Virus record (IMG/VR): IMGVR_UViG_3300032087_004567
From: a virus
DNA: 64,000 nucleotides
Strand: one strand, 5' to 3'
The notes under the pieces are model-generated. The model was not told where the DNA came from and ran no database searches. It saw only the letters and a list, made by a program, of their open reading frames with translations. Numbering within the stretch: the first letter of the stretch is position 1; each line of letters begins with the position of its first letter. Below, in pieces: positions 57,390 to 64,000 of the stretch. A program made the translations under genes and the position numbers.

Positions 57390-58122
57390 AGTACAAAATC
57401 TAGTTAGAATGTCAATGGTTGCATCAATAACATATCTTGATGGTAAACCAGCTAAACCTAAGTTTAAAGAACTAGGGTATAAGGTTGTTAACTTTTATGA
57501 TATAGATGGTGCGCAAGGCTACCTCTTAAAGAATGATAATCATGTTTGTTTTTCATTTAGAGGAACAGAACCAAGAGAGTTAAGTGATATTAAAGCAGAC
57601 ATATATGCAGCTAGAGATGAAAATTTACCATATACACCTGGTAAAGTACATAGAGGATTTAAACAAGAGTTAGATAAACTATGGCCTTTTTTAGTAAAGT
57701 ATTTAAAAGAAGAAAATCCGCAAAATGTAATTGTAACTGGTCATTCACTTGGTGCAGCAATAGCAACTTTATTTTGTTCTAGAATCTTAGAGTTTAATCC
57801 TGTACTATACACTTTTGGATCACCGAGAGTTGGTAATATGGTATTTACTAATTTTCTATTTAATAATAATTTAACACATTATAGAGTACAAAATAATAAT
57901 GATTTAGTTTGTACAGTACCACCAAAGTGGTTGCTATATAAACATCATGGTCAGAATGTTTATATGAACACCTGGGGTCATATTAGAAATCTTAACCCAT
58001 GGCAAAAATTTAAAGATAAGATAAGAGGTAGAATAGCTGCTTTAAAGAAAGGTCAGATATTTGATGGTTTAAGAGATCATAGTATGGTTAAATATGTTAA
58101 ATATCTTACACAGAATAGCTAA
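57370..58122 (+). CDS. class 3 lipase (alpha/beta hydrolase)
   Basis: FRGTE, VHRGF, TGHSLGAA, YTFGSPRVG, NNDLV..VP, DHSM. Confidence 0.9.
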   Translation: MIMEKTEVQNLVRMSMVASITYLDGKPAKPKFKELGYKVVNFYDIDGAQGYLLKNDNHVCFSFRGTEPRELSDIKADIYAARDENLPYTPGKVHRGFKQELDKLWPFLVKYLKEENPQNVIVTGHSLGAAIATLFCSRILEFNPVLYTFGSPRVGNMVFTNFLFNNNLTHYRVQNNNDLVCTVPPKWLLYKHHGQNVYMNTWGHIRNLNPWQKFKDKIRGRIAALKKGQIFDGLRDHSMVKYVKYLTQNS

Positions 58123-58451
58123 TGTACTTTTGGATACTTAAATCTATTGCGGGAGGACTTTTAGGTTCTGCATCATCTAAATGGTTTGGTAAAACTAGAT
58201 TAGGACAATGGTGCTTTTTAAAATTTGAAGCATTAATGGATTGGGCAAAAGATAGATATGGTATTAATCTTCTTGATAAAGAAGATATTGAATGGAAAAC
58301 TAAATTTCCTAGCGTAGCTGCATCATTCGATAAGCTACAAAAAAGAGTAAGAAGATTAGAAAAAAATAGTCACCCGGCTAGAGAGATAACAGAGTTTGAT
58401 AGCTGGAAAGAAATAGACGAAAGAATAAAAAAACTGGAGAATAGAAAATGA
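58122..58451 (+). CDS. hypothetical membrane-associated protein
   Basis: Amphipathic N-terminus, within the lysis region. Confidence 0.55.
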   Translation: MYFWILKSIAGGLLGSASSKWFGKTRLGQWCFLKFEALMDWAKDRYGINLLDKEDIEWKTKFPSVAASFDKLQKRVRRLEKNSHPAREITEFDSWKEIDERIKKLENRK

Positions 58452-59644
58452 AAATATTATGTATATTATACGACGACCCTAAAAATGGAATGCCTAAAAG
58501 TTATCCGCTTTCAGATATTCCAAAGTTAGAAAAATATCCTGATGGCATGGATCTTCCAACACCTAAAGGTAGAGATTTTAAGCCAGGTGAATTGTTAGGT
58601 TGTGTATCAGGTGAACTAGGATTAAGAAAGTTTTTAGAATCAGAAGGCCATGAACTTGTAGTAACTTCAAGTAAAGATGGTGAAGGATGTGAAGCAGATA
58701 AACATATCGTTGATGCTGATGTAGTAATTTCACAACCTTTCTTTCCTTATTATCTTACAAGACAAAAAATTGAAAAAGCAAAAAATCTTAAAATGGCTAT
58801 AACAGCAGGTATAGGTTCAGACCATGTAGACTTACAAGCTGCTTTAGACCATAAGATAGATGTTGTAGAAGTAACTTATTGTAATTCGAGATCAGTTGCA
58901 GAACATATTGTTATGATGATTATTTCTATGGTTAGAGATTATCATAACCAACATAAAATTGTTAATGAAGGTGGTTGGAATATTGCTGATGCAGTACAAA
59001 GAAGTTATGATGTAGAAGGTATGCATATTGGTACAGTAGCAGCAGGTAGAATTGGACTTGATGCTTTAAGAAAAATGAAACCATTTGATGTACATCTACA
59101 CTATTTTGATAGACATAGATTACCTGAATCTGTTGAGAAGGAATTAAATCTTACTTTCCATGAGTCAGTTGAATCAATGGTTAAAGTATGTGATGTTGTA
59201 ACAATCAATTGTCCATTACATCCAGAGACAGAAAATTTATTTGATGCAGAGATGGTAAGTAAAATGAAAAAAGGTGCTTACATTGTTAACACTGCAAGAG
59301 GTAAAATTTGTGATAAACAAGCCATAGCTGATGCATTAGAAAGTGGACAGTTATCTGGTTATGCAGGAGATGTTTGGTTTCCACAACCGGCACCAAATGA
59401 TCATGTATGGAGATCTATGCCAAATCATGGTATGACACCGCACACTTCAGGAACATCTTTATCAGCACAAACAAGATATGCTGATGGTGTAAGAGAAATA
59501 CTAGAATGTTTCTTTGATGGAAGACCAATTAGAGATCAGTACTTAATTGTTAAAAATGGTGAACTTGCAGGTATGGGTGCTCATAGTTATAGTAAAGGTA
59601 CTGCAACAGGTGGATCAGAAGAAGCAGAAAAATATAAAAAATAA
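58448..59644 (+). CDS. fdh: NAD-dependent formate dehydrogenase (metal-independent, D-2-hydroxyacid dehydrogenase family)
   Basis: ILCILYDDP, ELLGCVSGELGLRKFLE, AGIGSDHVDL, AAGRIG, YFDRHRL, NTARG, GDVWFPQPAP, MTPHTSG. Confidence 0.95.
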   Translation: MKILCILYDDPKNGMPKSYPLSDIPKLEKYPDGMDLPTPKGRDFKPGELLGCVSGELGLRKFLESEGHELVVTSSKDGEGCEADKHIVDADVVISQPFFPYYLTRQKIEKAKNLKMAITAGIGSDHVDLQAALDHKIDVVEVTYCNSRSVAEHIVMMIISMVRDYHNQHKIVNEGGWNIADAVQRSYDVEGMHIGTVAAGRIGLDALRKMKPFDVHLHYFDRHRLPESVEKELNLTFHESVESMVKVCDVVTINCPLHPETENLFDAEMVSKMKKGAYIVNTARGKICDKQAIADALESGQLSGYAGDVWFPQPAPNDHVWRSMPNHGMTPHTSGTSLSAQTRYADGVREILECFFDGRPIRDQYLIVKNGELAGMGAHSYSKGTATGGSEEAEKYKK

Positions 59645-59661
59645 TGAAGGAAAAATAGAAA

Positions 59662-60123
59662 ATGAATTTATCAAAAAATTTTACATTGCATGAGATGATT
59701 AAATCTGATACTGCATTAAGAAGAGGGTTAGACAATGACCCTGATGAACAACAAATTTCTAACCTTACTAGACTGTGCGAAGAAATTTTACAACCAGTCA
59801 GAGAAAAGTTTGGGCCTACTAAAATTAATTCAGGATTTAGACACCCTGACGTTAACTCAGCTGTTGGAGGATCCAAAACATCTGATCATTGTAAAGGAAT
59901 GGCAGCTGATATTGAGGTGCCAGGAGTTGCTAATGCTGATCTTGCCCAATGGATTGTAGATAATTGTGAGTTTCGTCAAGTTATATTAGAATTTTATACA
60001 CCAGGTATTCCTGATAGTGGTTGGGTGCATGTGTCATTTAATCCAGACGATAATAAGAAGCAAGTTTTAACTGCTATGAAAGAAAATGGTAGAACAGTGT
60101 ATAAGGTTGGACTTATAGCTTAG
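59662..60123 (+). CDS. peptidase M15A endolysin
   Basis: LSKNFTLHEM, INSGFR, SDHCKGMAADI, WVHVS. Confidence 0.88.
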   Translation: MNLSKNFTLHEMIKSDTALRRGLDNDPDEQQISNLTRLCEEILQPVREKFGPTKINSGFRHPDVNSAVGGSKTSDHCKGMAADIEVPGVANADLAQWIVDNCEFRQVILEFYTPGIPDSGWVHVSFNPDDNKKQVLTAMKENGRTVYKVGLIA

Positions 60124-60131
60124 TATAAATA
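60124..60131 (+). promoter_or_regulatory. gp55-type late promoter
   Basis: TATAAATA. Confidence 0.65.
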
Positions 60132-60165
60132 ATAATACGATAACAATAATAACAAAGGTTAAAAG

Positions 60166-60435
60166 ATGGTTGGTCATTCATATAAGATGGAGCTTGAGCA
60201 GTCACTTGATGTTAAGATAGCAGTAATGGAAAGCAAGTTAGAAGAAATCACCAAAGATATTAAAGAAATGCGTGACGAAAGCAAAGAACAGCATGAAGCT
60301 TTATTTGCACGTATCGATAGACTCGATAAAAGAATTAATTTAATAGAAAGATGGAGATGGATGCTTATTGGTGCTGCTGTGGTTATTGGTTATTTCTTAG
60401 CTGACTCGACTCTATTAAAATTATTCACAGGTTGA
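60166..60435 (+). CDS. coiled-coil protein with C-terminal TM helix (holin/hemolysin-like candidate)
   Basis: RINLIERWRWMLIGAAVVIG, adjacent to the endolysin. Confidence 0.55.
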   Translation: MVGHSYKMELEQSLDVKIAVMESKLEEITKDIKEMRDESKEQHEALFARIDRLDKRINLIERWRWMLIGAAVVIGYFLADSTLLKLFTG

Positions 60436-60460
60436 TTATAAACTAATTTTGGTATATAAT
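60432..60460 (+). promoter_or_regulatory. early sigma70-type promoter
   Basis: TTGATT-N17-TATAAT upstream of the primase. Confidence 0.75.
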
Positions 60461-60488
60461 TGTATTGTTATGCAATTGAAACCATATT

Positions 60489-61493
60489 ATGTTATACATT
60501 GACCATAAGTACGTAAATTTATTATCTAATAGATTACCTAGATTTAAAAAACTAAACGATAAAACTTATACGTTTAGATGTCCTATCTGTGGTGATTCAA
60601 AAAGAAATACCTATAAGACAAGAGGATATATCTTTAGTAAGAAAGATACTATGTTATACTTTTGTCATAACTGTGGTGCTTCTATGCAGTTTCGTACATT
60701 TCTTAAACAACAAGACGTTCAACTATATGATGAATATGTTAGAGAGAAATATACCGAGAGCAACAACTCTCACCAGGCTAACACAGTAGATATAACCAAG
60801 GTGGTGTGGCCTAAGTATCGCATTGATTCTCCATTAAAAACACTTAAAAAAATAAGCCAACTCAGTCATGAGCATCCGGCTAAAAACTATGTCATTAATA
60901 GAAAAATTCCTAATAATTATCATCATAAACTATTCTATGCTCCTAAATTTAAAAAATGGATAAATTCATATATACCCGGCAAGCTGAATATTGAAACCGG
61001 TGATGAACCAAGACTTATAATTCCTTTTATCGATAAGAAAGGTCAATGCTTTGGTGTTCAGGGTAGATCTTTTTTTAAGAAAGGAATACGATATGTTACT
61101 ATCATGTTTGAAGAAGATTATCCAAAAATCTTTGGATTGGATGAAGTTATATGTGATGAGACCTGCTATATTACTGAGGGACCTATTGACAGCATGTTTA
61201 TTGATAACAGCATTGCTATGGCTGGATCTGATCTAACGTTAAGTAAGTTAGATATAGAGTTAAAAGATGTATGTTATATTTTTGACAACGAACCACGTAA
61301 TAGTCAAATAATAAAACGTATGGATAAAGTTATTAAAAGAGATTATAATATTGTTATATGGCCAGAATCATTAAAATTTAAAGATATAAATGATATGATA
61401 CTGGGTGGTATTGATCCTATGAAGATTATCAAGGACAATACCTTTAAAGGATTAGAGGCATCGATGAAATTAGTACAATGGAGTAAAGCATGA
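60489..61493 (+). CDS. gp61: DNA primase gp61
   Basis: FRCPICGDS...CHNC zinc finger, QGR, TEGPIDSMF, FDNEPR, KDINDM. Confidence 0.96.
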   Translation: MLYIDHKYVNLLSNRLPRFKKLNDKTYTFRCPICGDSKRNTYKTRGYIFSKKDTMLYFCHNCGASMQFRTFLKQQDVQLYDEYVREKYTESNNSHQANTVDITKVVWPKYRIDSPLKTLKKISQLSHEHPAKNYVINRKIPNNYHHKLFYAPKFKKWINSYIPGKLNIETGDEPRLIIPFIDKKGQCFGVQGRSFFKKGIRYVTIMFEEDYPKIFGLDEVICDETCYITEGPIDSMFIDNSIAMAGSDLTLSKLDIELKDVCYIFDNEPRNSQIIKRMDKVIKRDYNIVIWPESLKFKDINDMILGGIDPMKIIKDNTFKGLEASMKLVQWSKA

Positions 61494-62155
61494 AAGTTAG
61501 AATGATTAGTTATTCTAAACCTTCTGATGATCTGTATGACGAAGGATTGCAATCTGAATCTGATTTGATTGCCTTTTGTGCAAGAGTATCTAATCCATCT
61601 AATCAAATGAATACTGAAACATCTGATAAATTGTTAAAGTATCTTGTAAAGAATAATCATTGGAGTCCATTTGAAATGGTAAGTGTATGTTTAGAAATAG
61701 AAACTACACGTGATATTGCAAGACAAATACTTAGACATAGATCGTTTTCATTTCAAGAGTTTTCACAGCGTTATGCTAACCCAGTTGAAGATCTACAATT
61801 TGAATCTAGAGAGGCAAGAATTCAAGATCCAAAGAATAGACAAAATTCACATAAAACAGAGAATTTTGCAACTAAACAACTATGGGATTTTGCAGTAGAT
61901 AAATTAACTAAACATGCAAAAGAACAGTATAATAAAGCAATAAAAGCAGGAATTGCTAAAGAACAGGCACGTGCATTATTACCAGAAGGATTGATTCAAT
62001 CGCGATTATATATGAATGGGACCTTGCGGTCTTGGATTCACTATATAAATCTACGATCAGCTAATGGTACGCAGTTGGAGCACATGGAAATAGCGCAGGA
62101 ATGTGGTCGTATCATTGCCAAAGTCTTTCCTTTCATTAGTAATCTTCTAGAATAA
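61490..62155 (+). CDS. thyX: flavin-dependent thymidylate synthase
   Basis: HWSPFE, RQILRHRSFSFQEFSQRY, ARALLP, TQLEH. Confidence 0.96.
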   Translation: MKVRMISYSKPSDDLYDEGLQSESDLIAFCARVSNPSNQMNTETSDKLLKYLVKNNHWSPFEMVSVCLEIETTRDIARQILRHRSFSFQEFSQRYANPVEDLQFESREARIQDPKNRQNSHKTENFATKQLWDFAVDKLTKHAKEQYNKAIKAGIAKEQARALLPEGLIQSRLYMNGTLRSWIHYINLRSANGTQLEHMEIAQECGRIIAKVFPFISNLLE

Positions 62156-62168
62156 AAATTATAATAGG

Positions 62169-63962
62169 ATGTATATGTCTAATATTAATATTGATTTAAC
62201 AAGGGATTCGTTATTTGACGAATTAGGTAAGAAACGTTTAAAAGAAAGTTACATGAGAGATGATGAAGAATCACCACAAGAACGACTTGCATTTGTATCT
62301 GAAGCATTTGGAACCAATCCAGCGCATGCACAGAGACTTTATGATTATTCTTCAAAGCATTGGCTTAGTTATAGTACTCCAATCCTGTCTTATGGGAGAA
62401 GTAGTAGAGGCTTGCCTATCAGTTGTTTTCTTCCTTACTTGGATGATTCGGCTGAAGGATTGGTGGATACCTTAAGTGAGGTAAACTGGCTATCAATGCT
62501 AGGTGGAGGAGTAGGTATTGGTGTTGGTATAAGATCGGCAGACGAAAAGTCTGTTGGTGTTATGCCGCATTTAAGAATATATGATGCAAGTTCACTTGCC
62601 TATAGACAAGGTAAGACTAGAAGAGGTAGTTATGCTGCATACTTAGATATATCACATCCAGATATTATTCAATTTTTAGAGTTAAGAAAACCAACCGGTG
62701 ATCAGAATATGAGATGTTTAAATTTACATCATGGTATTAATGTCACCGATGACTTTATGAAGATTATAGAAGAGTGTATGGTCAATCCTAAGTTTGATGA
62801 TTCCTGGCATTTACGTGATCCACATAATCCAGAGATAATTAAAGATACTATATCTGCAAGAGAGTTGTGGCAAAGAATATTAGAAATGAGAATGCATACA
62901 GGTGAACCTTATATACATTTTATTGATACAAGTAATAAGAAAATGCCTCAATGGCAAAAAGATAAACACCTTAAAATAAGACAATCGAATTTATGTTCTG
63001 AAATTATTCTACCAACTGATAAAGAGAGAACAGCAGTATGTTGTTTATCATCAGTTAATTTAGAATATTTTGATGAATGGAAAAATGATGAAATGTTCTT
63101 GAAAGATGTAGCAGAAATGTTAGATAACGTCTTACAACATTTTATTGATAATGCACCATCAGAGGTAAGTAGAGCAGTTTATTCTGCAAAGAACGAAAGG
63201 TCTATTGGAATAGGTGCATTAGGCTTTCATGCATATTTACAGAACAAACATCTGCCATGGGATTCAGCTATGGCAAAAGCTTTCAATAATAGTATGTTTA
63301 AACATATTAGAGAAAAGCTTAATACAGCAAATAGAGAACTTGGTAAAGAAAGAGGTGAGGCTCCAGATGCAAAAGGGACAGGTTTACGTTTCTCACATTT
63401 AATGGCTGTTGCACCTAATGCTAGTTCTTCTATTATAATGGGCAATACATCACCGTCAGTAGAACCATATAGAGCTAATGCCTATAGACAAGATACCTTA
63501 AGTGGTGCATTTTTAAATAAAAATAAATTTTTAGATAAGCTAATAAAGGAAAAATGTAATGAGGATAAATCGATTGACTACGACGAGGTGTGGTCAAGTA
63601 TTATTGCTAACGACGGAAGCGCCCAACACCTGGAGTGCCTCTCAAGCGGGGATAAAGATGTCTTTAAAACTGCAATGGAGATTGACCAGCGATGGGTGGT
63701 GGCGCACGCAGCTGACAGACAAAATTTCATTGACCAGGCGCAGTCCATCAATCTCTTCTTTAGGCCCGATTGTGACGTAAAGTATTTACATGCAGTACAT
63801 TTTCAGGCATGGAAGCAAGGATTAAAAACTCTATACTATTGTAGATCTGAAAAGATTGGAAAAGCAGATAGAGTTGCAAAGAAAATAGAAAGAAAAGTTA
63901 TTGAGGAGATTGATCTTCAACAGCTTGCAACTGAGGATGTATGTTTAGCCTGTGAGGGATAG
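62169..63962 (+). CDS. nrdA: class I ribonucleotide reductase alpha subunit (short, no ATP cone)
   Basis: PISCF, QSNLCSEI, VCCLSS, APNASSS, KTLYY, C-terminal CLACEG. Confidence 0.95.
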   Translation: MYMSNINIDLTRDSLFDELGKKRLKESYMRDDEESPQERLAFVSEAFGTNPAHAQRLYDYSSKHWLSYSTPILSYGRSSRGLPISCFLPYLDDSAEGLVDTLSEVNWLSMLGGGVGIGVGIRSADEKSVGVMPHLRIYDASSLAYRQGKTRRGSYAAYLDISHPDIIQFLELRKPTGDQNMRCLNLHHGINVTDDFMKIIEECMVNPKFDDSWHLRDPHNPEIIKDTISARELWQRILEMRMHTGEPYIHFIDTSNKKMPQWQKDKHLKIRQSNLCSEIILPTDKERTAVCCLSSVNLEYFDEWKNDEMFLKDVAEMLDNVLQHFIDNAPSEVSRAVYSAKNERSIGIGALGFHAYLQNKHLPWDSAMAKAFNNSMFKHIREKLNTANRELGKERGEAPDAKGTGLRFSHLMAVAPNASSSIIMGNTSPSVEPYRANAYRQDTLSGAFLNKNKFLDKLIKEKCNEDKSIDYDEVWSSIIANDGSAQHLECLSSGDKDVFKTAMEIDQRWVVAHAADRQNFIDQAQSINLFFRPDCDVKYLHAVHFQAWKQGLKTLYYCRSEKIGKADRVAKKIERKVIEEIDLQQLATEDVCLACEG

Positions 63963-64000
63963 AGAAACAGCAAGAATTATTATTCGTGTGATGAGGGTTT

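Noticed and set aside
2312-63780. Many 60-125 aa ORFs in the track that lie antisense or out of frame within long genes (e.g. 2312-2551, 7061-7432, 24038-24765, 54758-55516, 59550-59959, 62260-63780)
   Set aside because: They are shadows of well-supported genes, with no RBS or recognisable motifs.
1-64000. tRNA, rRNA or CRISPR arrays
   Set aside because: No cloverleaf with a T-loop and acceptor stem and no regularly spaced repeat-spacer array was seen. The GGTTCGAAAC at ~37591 lacks the rest of a tRNA.

Overview
A 64-kb, AT-rich segment of a large lytic T4-like (myovirus-type) phage genome, with almost all genes on the + strand. It probably infects an aquatic Gram-negative heterotroph: spanins, IHF-like sites and an NAD-dependent formate dehydrogenase are present, and there are no photosynthesis genes in this window. 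It carries the T4 core replication and recombination genes (uvsW, gp55, gp47/46, gp45/44/62, regA, gp43, uvsX, gp41, gp61, thyX, nrdA). A ~9-kb 7-deazaguanine DNA-modification island (queE, queD, folE, queC, queF, a divergent TGT/DpdA-like protein and a formyltransferase) is interleaved with a nucleotide-level toolkit (PRTase, two kinase-like proteins, HAD nucleotidase, MazG-like pyrophosphatase, glutamine amidotransferase). Further along are an inverted tail-fibre/chaperone cassette and an early-gene region centred on a compositionally symmetric, IHF-site-bearing non-coding locus (putative origin or genome end). A late cluster encodes histidine-rich proteins with capsid-targeting-like N-termini, and the lysis cassette contains a lipase and the formate dehydrogenase. 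Sixteen copies of a TTGATT-N17-TATAAT-type early promoter, several TATAAATA late promoters, a ROSE-like thermometer and two candidate pseudoknotted RNAs were read directly from the sequence. All family assignments come from motif recognition without database searches.
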